A stretch of DNA of 64,000 bases from the human T2T-CHM13v2.0 reference genome, Homo sapiens. Made by a program: the position numbers and the translations under genes. Below are positions 18,050 through 34,987 of this stretch, piece by piece. Position 1 is the stretch's first letter. Every line of letters starts with the position of its first letter. The stretch lies in NCBI RefSeq assembly GCF_009914755.1, contig NC_060948.1. The stretch is one strand, 5' to 3'. The notes under the pieces were generated by a model, which did not search any database, was not told where the DNA came from, and saw only the letters and a program-made list of their open reading frames with translations.

Positions 18050-20176
18050 AGATCCATATTTTTTAAATGAAAAAAAATTTCAAAGGTACTCTGCTTGGTA
18101 CAATAATCAAATGTATAAACTGAGGAATAAAACATAACCATGAAAGCTACTTATAACTGCATATGGAAAATACAGAGGATAATTTTTTAAATAACATATT
18201 TTGAAAGCCTTAACTAGTAATTTGAAGAGCTGGCATTTGAAAGGCCAGTATGAATATACCTTCAAAGCAGCAACACAGGTTCCCCATGAGAAAAAGCAAA
18301 CACAGGGAAAATAAAAACACAAAGGTTCAATCTCTTCTGACCTTTGAAAGACACAGCACAGACAGTGGTCCTTAGGACGAAGAGCAGGAGACCCCTAATT
18401 CCGTCACCATGGCGATAGGGCATAAACATTGCTGGGTGAGGGCACAATCCACATTGTGAGGTGCAACTGCTGCCAGGAAGACAGGAGTGCTTTTACATAG
18501 ACCGAAAGGTCATTGAAGGCTCAGAGTTTTGTTTCAAGAACTGAATCCCAAGCCCACACGTTATTAGGCTGCGCTTCTTAAAACAAGTTATGAGATGGGA
18601 AAAAGGGCACCCACAAACATACGTATACATTATGTATATAATAATATACAGTATCATATATATAATATATATAACCTATGTATAATATTGTTTTACATCC
18701 TGCATCTTATGTTATATATATTGTATAAAATATAATAATTGATAATATATAAGTTTATATTTATACAATATGACATATAGTATATATTATAATTTATGAC
18801 ATATATAATATATGTTATATGTCATATATAGAATATATTATACGGTTAATATACGTATTAAATATAAATTATACATTATATATATTATATATAATATATC
18901 TGTTACATATAATACCCATTATGCATAATATATATATTAGGTCTATGTTATATATAGTATAAAATAACATATAATAATATATAATTGTATATATAAAATG
19001 CGACATATAATATATATTATATTTTATAACATATGTAATATATATTATATATTATATATAATACGTTGTATGTATAATACCTATATTAAATATATATTAT
19101 ATGACTATGTTATTAATTACATGTCACATGTGTTATATATTATATATTTTACATAGAATATACCGGTTACATACAATATATACTATGTTACCTATAATGT
19201 ATAATTTATTACATGTAAAATAAAGAATGCAATATATTATGTATAATTTATAATATACAATATGTGGAATGTGATATATATAACATATAATATATGATAT
19301 ATGATATACAGTATATGATATATTACATACAATATATGATTCCTAATATATATGGTATACAATATATATTTTATGATATGTATTCTATATGTTTTATATT
19401 CTGTTATATATAACTATTTGAAATTATATATAACTGTATAATATTTTATGTAAATATGTAATATAATATATATAACTATATAATATATTATATATAACTA
19501 TATATTATGTTATATATACTTTTATAACATAATTTACATAAAATATCACAATATAATATATATTATATTATTTCATATTACATAATATATATTACATATC
19601 ACCCAATATAACTAACATACATAATATTATAATATAGATTATATTGTGTTATATTAAATATCATATATATCATGTATCATATATTCTATAATATATATTA
19701 CACATTATATAATATGTATGTTGTCTATTATGTGATATATATAACTATATATATAATTATATTTCTATACATATAACTAGATAAACTTGTAATTCTACAT
19801 ATTTTCATTTATAATATGTAGAATTATATAATCATATATAATTATTTATATTCTATAAAAAATTTTATCATTATATAAATTATAATATATAAAAATTATA
19901 ATATGTACTACAAATATATATATTATATATCATATATGATATAGTACTATTGTTATATTTCATAATACATATAAATGTGTATTATGTTATCTATAATTAT
20001 ATAATTTCATATATAAGATGTATAATATGTATCATAAATTATATATGTTATGTAATATATATAGTATATATAAGATGACACAGGATAAATATTATATACT
20101 ATGACATATAAAATATATGAGGTTATATGTTACATATAAGGCATAGCACATAACATGTAATATATATCATATATAA

Positions 20177-20469
20177 TTTTTTTTTTAGACAGAATCTTGT
20201 CCTGTTGCACAGGGTGGGGTACAATGGCGCCATCTTTGCTCACTGCAAATTCTGCCTCACGGGTCCAAGCGATTGTCCTCCCTCAGCCTCCCAGGTAGCT
20301 GGGACTACACCACACTGGGACTACACCAGCTGCCACCATGCCTAGCTAATTTTTTGGATTTTTAGTAGTGACAGCGTTTCACTGTATTGGCCAGGATGGT
20401 CTTGATCTCTTCACCTTGTGATCCCCTTGCCTTGGCCTCCAAATTTGCTGGGATTACAGGCCTGAGCCA
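20177..20469 (-). mobile_element. Alu in DYZ2 unit, copy 9 (T10)
   Basis: Near-identical to 821-1112; T10 and ctgcaaattc variants. Confidence 0.93.
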
Positions 20470-22596
20470 AGATCCATATTTTTTAAATGAAAAAAAATTT
20501 CAAAGGTACTCTGCTTGGTACAATAATCAAATGTATAAACTGAGGAATAAAACATAACCATGAAACCTACTTATAACTGCATATGGAAAATACAGAGGAT
20601 AATTTTTTAAATAACATATTTTGAAAGCCTTAACTAGTAATTTGAAGAGCTGGCATTTGAAAGGCCAGTATGAATATACCTTCAAAGCAGCAACACAGGT
20701 TCCCCATGAGAAAAAGCAAACACAGGGAAAATAAAAACACAAAGGTTCAATCTCTTCTGACCTTTGAAAGACACAGCACAGACAGTGGTCCTTAGGACGA
20801 AGAGCAGGAGACCCCTAATTCCGTCACCATGGCGATAGGGCATAAACATTGCTGGGTGAGGGCACAATCCACATTGTGAGGTGCAACTGCTGCCAGGAAG
20901 ACAGGAGTGCTTTTACATAGACCGAAAGGTCATTGAAGGCTCAGAGTTTTGTTTCAAGAACTGAAACCCAAGCCCACACGTTATTAGGCTGCGCTTCTTA
21001 AAACAAGTTATGAGATGGGAAAAAGGGCACCCACAAACATACGTATACATTATGTATATAATAATATACAGTATCATATATATAATATATATAACCTATG
21101 TATAATATTGTTTTACATCCTGCATCTTATGTTATATATATTGTATAAAATATAATAATTGATAATATATAAGTTTATATTTATACAATATGACATATAG
21201 TATATATTATAATTTATGACATATATAATATATGTTATATGTCATATATAGAATATATTATACGGTTAATATACGTATTAAATATAAATTATACATTATA
21301 TATATTATATATAATATATCTGTTACATATAATACCCATTATGCATAATATATATATTAGGTCTATGTTATATATAGTATAAAATAACATATAATAATAT
21401 ATAATTGTATATATAAAATGCGACATATAATATATATTATATTTTATAACATATGTAATATATATTATATATTATATATAATACGTTGTATGTATAATAC
21501 CTATATTAAATATATATTATATGACTATGTTATTAATTACATGTCACATGTGTTATATATTATATATTTTACATAGAATATACCGGTTACATACAATATA
21601 TACTATGTTACCTATAATGTATAATTTATTACATGTAAAATAAAGAATGCAATATATTATGTATAATTTATAATATACAATATGTGGAATGTGATATATA
21701 TAACATATAATATATGATATATGATATACAGTATATGATATATTACATACAATATATGATTCCTAATATATATGGTATACAATATATATTTTATGATATG
21801 TATTCTATATGTTTTATATTCTGTTATATATAACTATTTGAAATTATATATAACTGTATAATATTTTATGTAAATATGTAATATAATATATATAACTATA
21901 TAATATATTATATATAACTATATATTATGTTATATATACTTTTATAACATAATTTACATAAAATATCATAATATAATATATATTATATTATTTCATATTA
22001 CATAATATATATTACATATCACCCAATATAACTAACATACATAATATTATAATATAGATTATATTGTGTTATATTAAATATCATATATATCATGTATCAT
22101 ATATTCTATAATATATATTACACATTATATAATATGTATGTTGTCTATTATGTGATATATATAACTATATATATAATTATATTTCTATACATATAACTAG
22201 ATAAACTTGTAATTCTACATATTTTCATTTATAATATGTAGAATTATATAATCATATATAATTATTTATATTCTATAAAAAATTTTATCATTATATAAAT
22301 TATAATATATAAAAATTATAATATGTACTACAAATATATATATTATATATCATATATGATATAGTACTATTGTTATATTTCATAATACATATAAATGTGT
22401 ATTATGTTATCTATAATTATATAATTTCATATATAAGATGTATAATATGTATCATAAATTATATATGTTATGTAATATATATAGTATATATAAGATGACA
22501 CAGGATAAATATTATATACTATGACATATAAAATATATGAGGTTATATGTTACATATAAGGCATAGCACATAACATGTAATATATATCATATATAA

Positions 22597-22889
22597 TTTT
22601 TTTTTTAGACAGAATCTTGTCCTGTTGCACAGGGTGGGGTACAATGGCGCCATCTTTGCTCACTGCAAATTCTGCCTCACGGGTCCAAGCGATTGTCCTC
22701 CCTCAGCCTCCCAGGTAGCTGGGACTACACCACACTGGGACTACACCAGCTGCCACCATGCCTAGCTAATTTTTTGGATTTTTAGTAGTGACAGCGTTTC
22801 ACTGTATTGGCCAGGATGGTCTTGATCTCTTCACCTTGTGATCCCCTTGCCTTGGCCTCCAAATTTGCTGGGATTACAGGCCTGAGCCA
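22597..22889 (-). mobile_element. Alu in DYZ2 unit, copy 10 (T10)
   Basis: Near-identical to 821-1112; T10 and ctgcaaattc variants. Confidence 0.93.
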
Positions 22890-24994
22890 AGATCCATATT
22901 TTTTAAATGAAAAAAAATTTCAAAGGTACTCTGCTTGGTACAATAATCAAATGTATAAACTGAGGAATAAAACATAACCATGAAACCTACTTATAACTGC
23001 ATATGGAAAATACAGAGGATAATTTTTTAAATAACATATTTTGAAAGCCTTAACTAGTAATTTGAAGAGCTGGCATTTGAAAGGCCAGTATGAATATACC
23101 TTCAAAGCAGCAACACAGGTTCCCCATGAGAAAAAGCAAACACAGGGAAAATAAAAACACAAAGGTTCAATCTCTTCTGACCTTTGAAAGACACAGCACA
23201 GACAGTGGTCCTTAGGACGAAGAGCAGGAGACCCCTAATTCCGTCACCATGGCGATAGGGCATAAACATTGCTGGGTGAGGGCACAATCCACATTGTGAG
23301 GTGCAACTGCTGCCAGGAAGACAGGAGTGCTTTTACATAGACCGAAAGGTCATTGAAGGCTCAGAGTTTTGTTTCAAGAACTGAATCCCAAGCCCACACG
23401 TTATTAGGCTGCGCTTCTTAAAACAAGTTATGAGATGGGAAAAAGGGCACCCACAAACATACGTATACATTATGTATATAATAATATACAGTATCATATA
23501 TATAATATATATAACCTATGTATAATATTGTTTTACATCCTGCATCTTATGTTATATATATTGTATAAAATATAATAATTGATAATATATAAGTTTTATA
23601 ATTATACAATATGACATATAGTATATATTATAATTTATGACATATATAATATATGTTATATGTCATATATAGAATATATTATACGGTTAATATACGTATT
23701 AAATATAAATTATACATTATATATATTATATATAATATATCTGTTATATATAATACCCATTATGCATAATATATATATTATGTCTATGTTATATATAGTA
23801 TAAAACAACATATAATAATATATAATTGTATATATAAAATGCGACATATAATATATATTATATTTTATTACATATGTAATATATATTATATATTATATAT
23901 AATACGTTGTATGTATAATACCTATATTAAATATATATTATATGACTATGTTATTAATTACATGTCACATGTGTTATATATTATATATTTTACATAGAAT
24001 ATACCGGTTACATACAATATATACTATGTTACCTATAATGTATAATTTATTACATGTAAAATAAAGAATGCAATATATTATATAAAATTTATAATATACC
24101 ATATGTGGAATGTGATATATATAACATATAGTATATGATATATGATGTACAGTATATGATATATAACATACAATATATGATTCCTAATATATATGGTATA
24201 CAATATATATTTTATGATATGTATTCTATATGTTTTATATTCTGTTATATATAACTATTTGAAATTATATATAACTGTATAATATTTTATGTAAATATGT
24301 AATATAATATATATAACTATATAATATATTACATATAACTATATATTATGTTATATATACTTTTATAACATAATTTACATGAAATATCATAATATAATAT
24401 ATATTATATTATTTCATATTACATAATATATATTACATATCACCCAATATAACCAACATACATAATATTATAATATAGATTATATTATGTTATATTAAAT
24501 ATCATATATATCATGTATCATATATTCTATAATATATATTACACATTATATAATATGTATGTTGTCTATTATGTGATATATATAACTATATATATAATTA
24601 TATTTTTATACATATAACTAGATAAACATGTAATTCTACATATTTTCATTTATAATATGTAGAATTATATAATCATATATAATTATTTATATTCTATAAA
24701 AAATTTTATCATTATATAAATTATAATATATAAAAATTATAATATGTACTACAAATATATATATTATATATCATATATGATATAGTACCTTTGTTATATT
24801 TCATAATACATATAAATGTGTATTATGTTATCTATAATTATATAATTTCATATATAAGATGTATTATATGTATCATATATTATATATGTTATGTAATATA
24901 TATAGTATATATAAGATGACACAGGATAAATATTATATACTACGACATATAAAATATATGAGGTTATATGTTACATATAAGGCATAGCACATAA

Positions 24995-25309
<315 letters not shown>

Positions 25310-27412
25310 AGATCCATATTTTTTAAATGAAAAAAAATTTCAAAGGTACTCTGCTTGGTACAATAATCAAATGTATAAACTGAGGAATAAAACATAACCA
25401 GGAAACCTACTTATAACTGCATATGGAAAATACAGAGGATAATTTTTTAAATAACATATTTTGAAAGCCTTAACTAGTAATTTGAAGAGCTGGCATTTGA
25501 AAGGCCAGTATGAATATACCTTCAAAGCAGCAACACAGGTTCCCCATGAGAAAAAGCAAACACAGGGAAAATAAAAACACAAAGGTTCAATCTCTTCTGA
25601 CCTTTGAAAGACACAGCACAGACAGTGGTCCTTAGGACGAAGAGCAGGAGACCCCTAATTCCGTCACCATGGCGATAGGGCATAAACATTGCTGGGTGAG
25701 GGCACAATCCACATTGTGAGGTCCAACTGCTGCCAGGAAGACAGGAGTGCTTTTACATAGACCGAAAGGTCATTGAAGGCTCAGAGTTTTGTTTCAAGAA
25801 CTGAATCCCAAGCCCACACGTTATTAGGCTGCGCTTCTTAAAACAAGTTATGAGATAGGAAAAAGGGCACCCACAAACATACGTATACATTATGTATATA
25901 ATAATATACAGTATCATATATATAATATATATAACCTATGTATAATATTGTTTTACATCCTGCATCTTATGTTATATATATTGTATAAAATATAATAATT
26001 GATAATATATAAGTTTATATTTATACAATATGACATATAGTATATATTATAATTTATGACATATATAATATATGTTATATGTCATATATAGAATATATTA
26101 TACGGTTAATATACGTATTAAATATAAATTATACATTATATATATTATATATAATATATCTGTTATATATAATACCCATTATGCATAATATATATATTAT
26201 GTCTATGTTATATATAGTATAAAATAACATATAATAATATATAATTGTATATATAAATGCGACATATAATATATATTATATTTTATAACATATGTAATAT
26301 ATATTATATATTATATATAATACGTTGTATGTATAATACCTATATTAAATATATATTATATGACTATGTTATTAATTACATGTCACATGTGTTATATATT
26401 ATATATTTTACATAGAATATACCGGTTACATACAATATATACTATGTTACCTATAATGTATAATTTATTACATGTAAAATAAAGAATGCAATATATTATG
26501 TATAATTTATAATATACCATATGTGGAATGTGATATATATAACATATAATATATGATATATGATATACAGTATATGATATATAACATAGAATATATGATT
26601 CCTAATATATATGGTATACAATATATATTTTATGATATGTATTCTATATGTTTTATATTCTGTTATATATAACTATTTGAAATTATATATAACTGTATAA
26701 TATTTTATGTAAATATGTAATATAATATATATAACTATATAATATATTATATATAACTATATATTATGTTATATATACTTTTATAACATAATTTACATAA
26801 AATATCATAATATAATATATATTATATTATTTCATATTACATAATATATATTACATATCACCCAATATAACTAACATACATAATATTATAATATAGATTA
26901 TATTGTGTTATATTAAATATCATATATATCATGTATCATATATTCTATAATATATATTACACATTATATAATATGTATGTTGTCTATTATGTGATATATA
27001 TAACTATATATATAATTATATTTTTATACATATAACTAGATAAACATGTAATTCTACATATTTTCATTTATAATATGTAGAATTATATAATCATATATAA
27101 TTATTTATATTCTATAAAAAATTTTATCATTATATAAATTATAATATATAAAAATTATAATATGTACTACAAATATATATATTATATATCATATATGATA
27201 TAGTACCTTTGTTATATTTCATAATACATATAAATGTGTATTATGTTATCTATAATTATATAATTTCATATATAAGATGTATAATATGTATCATATATTA
27301 TATATGTTATGTAATATATATAGTATATATAAGATGACACAGGATAAATATTATATACTATGACATTTAAAATATATGAGGTTATATGTTACATATAAGG
27401 CATAGCACATAA

Positions 27413-27727
<315 letters not shown>

Positions 27728-29854
27728 AGATCCATATTTTTTAAATGAAAAAAAATTTCAAAGGTACTCTGCTTGGTACAATAATCAAATGTATAAACTG
27801 AGGAATAAAACATAACCAGGAAACCTACTTATAACTGCATATGGAAAATACAGAGGATAATTTTTTAAATAACATATTTTGAAAGCCTTAACTAGTAATT
27901 TGAAGAGCTGGCATTTGAAAGGCCAGTATGAATATACCTTCAAAGCAGCAACACAGGTTCCCCATGAGAAAAAGCAAACACAGGGAAAATAAAAACACAA
28001 AGGTTCAATCACTTCTGACCTTTGAAAGACACAGCACAGACAGTGGTCCTTAGGACGAAGAGCAGGAGACCCCTAATTCCGTCACCATGGCGATAGGGCA
28101 TAAACATTGCTGGGTGAGGGCACAATCCACATTGTGAGGTCCAACTGCTGCCAGGAAGACAGGAGTGCTTTTACATAGACCGAAAGGTCATTGAAGGCTC
28201 AGAGTTTTGTTTCAAGAACTGAATCCCAAGCCCACACGTTATTAGGCTGCGCTTCTTAAAACAAGTTATGAGATGGGAAAAAGGGCACCCACAAACATAC
28301 GTATACATTATGTATATAATAATATACAGTATCATATATATAATATATATAACCTATGTATAATATTGTTTTACATCCTGCATCTTATGTTATATATATT
28401 GTATAAAATATAATAATTGATAATATATAAGTTTATATTTATACAATATGACATATAGTATATATTATAATTTATGACATATATAATATATGTTATATGT
28501 CATATATAGAATATATTATACGGTTAATATACGTATTAAATATAAATTATACATTATATATATTATATATAATATATCTGTTACATATAATACCCATTAT
28601 GCATAATATATATATTAGGTCTATGTTATATATAGTATAAAATAACATATAATAATATATAATTGTATATATAAAATGCGACATATAATATATATTATAT
28701 TTTATAACATATGTAATATATATTATATATTATATATAATACGTTGTATGTATAATACCTATATTAAATATATATTATATGACTATGTTATTAATTACAT
28801 GTCACATGTGTTATATATTATATATTTTACATAGAATATACCGGTTACATACAATATATACTATGTTACCTATAATGTATAATTTATTACATGTAAAATA
28901 AAGAATGCAATATATTATGTATAATTTATAATATACAATATGTGGAATGTGATATATATAACATATAATATATGATATATGATATACAGTATATGATATA
29001 TTACATACAATATATGATTCCTAATATATATGGTATACAATATATATTTTATATTATGTATTCTATATGTTTTATATTCTGTTATATATAACTATTTGAA
29101 ATTATATATAACTGTATAATATTTTATGTAAATATGTAATATAATATATATAACTATATAATATATTATATATAACTATATATTATGTTATATATACTTT
29201 TATAACATAATTTACATAAAATATCATAATATAATATATATTATATTATTTCATATTACATAATATATATTACATATCACCCAATATAACTAACATACAT
29301 AATATTATAATATAGATTATATTGTGTTATATTAAATATCATATATATCATGTATCATATATTCTATAATATATATTACACATTATATAATATGTATGTT
29401 GTCTATTATGTGATATATATAACTATATATATAATTATATTTCTATACATATAACTAGATAAACTTGTAATTCTACATATTTTCATTTATAATATGTAGA
29501 ATTATATAATCATATATAATTATTTATATTCTATAAAAAATTTTATCATTATATAAATTATAATATATAAAAATTATAATATGTACTACAAATATATATA
29601 TTATATATCATATATGATATAGTACCATTGTTATATTTCATAATACATATAAATGTGTATTATGTTATCTATAATTATATAATTTCATATATAAGATGTA
29701 TAATATGTATCATAAATTATATATGTTATGTAATATATATAGTATATATAAGATGACACAGGATAAATATTATATACTATGACATATAAAATATATGAGG
29801 TTATATGTTACATATAAGGCATAGCACATAACATGTAATATATATCATATATAA

Positions 29855-30147
29855 TTTTTTTTTTAGACAGAATCTTGTCCTGTTGCACAGGGTGGGGTAC
29901 AATGGCGCCATCTTTGCTCACTGCAAATTCTGCCTCACGGGTCCAAGCGATTCTCCTCCCTCAGCCTCCCAGGTAGCTGGGACTACACCACACTGGGACT
30001 ACACCAGCTGCCACCATGCCTAGCTAATTTTTTGGATTTTTAGTAGTGACAGCGTTTCACTGTATTGGCCAGGATGGTCTTGATCTCTTCACCTTGTGAT
30101 CCCCTTGCCTTGGCCTCTAAATTTGCTGGGATTACAGGCCTGAGCCA
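29855..30147 (-). mobile_element. Alu in DYZ2 unit, copy 13 (T10)
   Basis: Near-identical to copy 8. Confidence 0.93.
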
Positions 30148-32274
30148 AGATCCATATTTTTTAAATGAAAAAAAATTTCAAAGGTACTCTGCTTGGTACA
30201 ATAATCAAATGTATAAACTGAGGAATAAAACATAACCATGAAAGCTACTTATAACTGCATATGGAAAATACAGAGGATAATTTTTTAAATAACATATTTT
30301 GAAAGCCTTAACTAGTAATTTGAAGAGCTGGCATTTGAAAGGCCAGTATGAATATACCTTCAAAGCAGCAACACAGGTTCCCCATGAGAAAAAGCAAACA
30401 CAGGGAAAATAAAAACACAAAGGTTCAATCTCTTCTGACCTTTGAAAGACACAGCACAGACAGTGGTCCTTAGGACGAAGAGCAGGAGACCCCTAATTCC
30501 GTCACCATGGCGATAGGGCATAAACATTGCTGGGTGAGGGCACAATCCACATTGTGAGGTGCAACTGCTGCCAGGAAGACAGGAGTGCTTTTACATAGAC
30601 CGAAAGGTCATTGAAGGCTCAGAGTTTTGTTTCAAGAACTGAATCCCAAGCCCACACGTTATTAGGCTGCGCTTCTTAAAACAAGTTATGAGATGGGAAA
30701 AAGGGCACCCACAAACATACGTATACATTATGTATATAATAATATACAGTATCATATATATAATATATATAACCTATGTATAATATTGTTTTACATCCTG
30801 CATCTTATGTTATATATATTGTATAAAATATAATAATTGATAATATATAAGTTTATATTTATACAATATGACATATAGTATATATTATAATTTATGACAT
30901 ATATAATATATGTTATATGTCATATATAGAATATATTATACGGTTAATATACGTATTAAATATAAATTATACATTATATATATTATATATAATATATCTG
31001 TTACATATAATACCCATTATGCATAATATATATATTAGGTCTATGTTATATATAGTATAAAATAACATATAATAATATATAATTGTATATATAAAATGCG
31101 ACATATAATATATATTATATTTTATAACATATGTAATATATATTATATATTATATATAATACGTTGTATGTATAATACCTATATTAAATATATATTATAT
31201 GACTATGTTATTAATTACATGTCACATGTGTTATATATTATATATTTTACATAGAATATACCGGTTACATACAATATATACTATGTTACCTATAATGTAT
31301 AATTTATTACATGTAAAATAAAGAATGCAATATATTATGTATAATTTATAATATACAATATGTGGAATGTGATATATATAACATATAATATATGATATAT
31401 GATATACAGTATATGATATATTACATACAATATATGATTCCTAATATATATAGTATACAATATATATTTTATGATATGTATTCTATATGTTTTATATTCT
31501 GTTATATATAACTATTTGAAATTATATATAACTGTATAATATTTTATGTAAATATGTAATATAATATATATAACTATATAATATATTATATATAACTATA
31601 TATTATGTTATATATACTTTTATAACATAATTTACATAAAATATCACAATATAATATATATTATATTATTTCATATTACATAATATATATTACATATCAC
31701 CCAATATAACTAACATACATAATATTATAATATAGATTATATTGTGTTATATTAAATATCATATATATCATGTATCATATATTCTATAATATATATTACA
31801 CATTATATAATATGTATGTTGTCTATTATGTGATATATATAACTATATATATAATTATATTTCTATACATATAACTAGATAAACTTGTAATTCTACATAT
31901 TTTCATTTATAATATGTAGAATTATATAATCATATATAATTATTTATATTCTATAAAAAATTTTATCATTATATAAATTATAATATATAAAAATTATAAT
32001 ATGTACTACAAATATATATATTATATATCATATATGATATAGTACTATTGTTATATTTCATAATACATATAAATGTGTATTATGTTATCTATAATTATAT
32101 AATTTCATATATAAGATGTATAATATGTATCATAAATTATATATGTTATGTAATATATATAGTATATATAAGATGACACAGGATAAATATTATATACTAT
32201 GACATATAAAATATATGAGGTTATATGTTACATATAAGGCATAGCACATAACATGTAATATATATCATATATAA

Positions 32275-32567
32275 TTTTTTTTTTAGACAGAATCTTGTCC
32301 TGTTGCACAGGGTGGGGTACAATGGCGCCATCTTTGCTCACTGCAAATTCTGCCTCACGGGTCCAAGCGATTGTCCTCCCTCAGCCTCCCAGGTAGCTGG
32401 GACTACACCACACTGGGACTACACCAGCTGCCACCATGCCTAGCTAATTTTTTGGATTTTTAGTAGTGACAGCGTTTCACTGTATTGGCCAGGATGGTCT
32501 TGATCTCTTCACCTTGTGATCCCCTTGCCTTGGCCTCCAAATTTGCTGGGATTACAGGCCTGAGCCA
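32275..32567 (-). mobile_element. Alu in DYZ2 unit, copy 14 (T10)
   Basis: Near-identical to copy 9. Confidence 0.93.
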
Positions 32568-34694
32568 AGATCCATATTTTTTAAATGAAAAAAAATTTCA
32601 AAGGTACTCTGCTTGGTACAATAATCAAATGTATAAACTGAGGAATAAAACATAACCATGAAACCTACTTATAACTGCATATGGAAAATACAGAGGATAA
32701 TTTTTTAAATAACATATTTTGAAAGCCTTAACTAGTAATTTGAAGAGCTGGCATTTGAAAGGCCAGTATGAATATACCTTCAAAGCAGCAACACAGGTTC
32801 CCCATGAGAAAAAGCAAACACAGGGAAAATAAAAACACAAAGGTTCAATCTCTTCTGACCTTTGAAAGACACAGCACAGACAGTGGTCCTTAGGACGAAG
32901 AGCAGGAGACCCCTAATTCCGTCACCATGGCGATAGGGCATAAACATTGCTGGGTGAGGGCACAATCCACATTGTGAGGTGCAACTGCTGCCAGGAAGAC
33001 AGGAGTGCTTTTACATAGACCGAAAGGTCATTGAAGGCTCAGAGTTTTGTTTCAAGAACTGAAACCCAAGCCCACACGTTATTAGGCTGCGCTTCTTAAA
33101 ACAAGTTATGAGATGGGAAAAAGGGCACCCACAAACATACGTATACATTATGTATATAATAATATACAGTATCATATATATAATATATATAACCTATGTA
33201 TAATATTGTTTTACATCCTGCATCTTATGTTATATATATTGTATAAAATATAATAATTGATAATATATAAGTTTATATTTATACAATATGACATATAGTA
33301 TATATTATAATTTATGACATATATAATATATGTTATATGTCATATATAGAATATATTATACGGTTAATATACGTATTAAATATAAATTATACATTATATA
33401 TATTATATATAATATATCTGTTACATATAATACCCATTATGCATAATATATATATTAGGTCTATGTTATATATAGTATAAAATAACATATAATAATATAT
33501 AATTGTATATATAAAATGCGACATATAATATATATTATATTTTATAACATATGTAATATATATTATATATTATATATAATACGTTGTATGTATAATACCT
33601 ATATTAAATATATATTATATGACTATGTTATTAATTACATGTCACATGTGTTATATATTATATATTTTACATAGAATATACCGGTTACATACAATATATA
33701 CTATGTTACCTATAATGTATAATTTATTACATGTAAAATAAAGAATGCAATATATTATGTATAATTTATAATATACAATATGTGGAATGTGATATATATA
33801 ACATATAATATATGATATATGATATACAGTATATGATATATTACATACAATATATGATTCCTAATATATATGGTATACAATATATATTTTATGATATGTA
33901 TTCTATATGTTTTATATTCTGTTATATATAACTATTTGAAATTATATATAACTGTATAATATTTTATGTAAATATGTAATATAATATATATAACTATATA
34001 ATATATTATATATAACTATATATTATGTTATATATACTTTTATAACATAATTTACATAAAATATCATAATATAATATATATTATATTATTTCATATTACA
34101 TAATATATATTACATATCACCCAATATAACTAACATACATAATATTATAATATAGATTATATTGTGTTATATTAAATATCATATATATCATGTATCATAT
34201 ATTCTATAATATATATTACACATTATATAATATGTATGTTGTCTATTATGTGATATATATAACTATATATATAATTATATTTCTATACATATAACTAGAT
34301 AAACTTGTAATTCTACATATTTTCATTTATAATATGTAGAATTATATAATCATATATAATTATTTATATTCTATAAAAAATTTTATCATTATATAAATTA
34401 TAATATATAAAAATTATAATATGTACTACAAATATATATATTATATATCATATATGATATAGTACTATTGTTATATTTCATAATACATATAAATGTGTAT
34501 TATGTTATCTATAATTATATAATTTCATATATAAGATGTATAATATGTATCATAAATTATATATGTTATGTAATATATATAGTATATATAAGATGACACA
34601 GGATAAATATTATATACTATGACATATAAAATATATGAGGTTATATGTTACATATAAGGCATAGCACATAACATGTAATATATATCATATATAA

Positions 34695-34987
34695 TTTTTT
34701 TTTTAGACAGAATCTTGTCCTGTTGCACAGGGTGGGGTACAATGGCGCCATCTTTGCTCACTGCAAATTCTGCCTCACGGGTCCAAGCGATTGTCCTCCC
34801 TCAGCCTCCCAGGTAGCTGGGACTACACCACACTGGGACTACACCAGCTGCCACCATGCCTAGCTAATTTTTTGGATTTTTAGTAGTGACAGCGTTTCAC
34901 TGTATTGGCCAGGATGGTCTTGATCTCTTCACCTTGTGATCCCCTTGCCTTGGCCTCCAAATTTGCTGGGATTACAGGCCTGAGCCA
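34695..34987 (-). mobile_element. Alu in DYZ2 unit, copy 15 (T10)
   Basis: Near-identical to copy 10. Confidence 0.93.

Noticed and set aside
29953-29953. G>C change restoring Alu consensus gcgattctcc (conversion from a dispersed Alu?)
   Set aside because: Single site with neighbouring DYZ2-specific alleles unchanged; a point mutation is sufficient.
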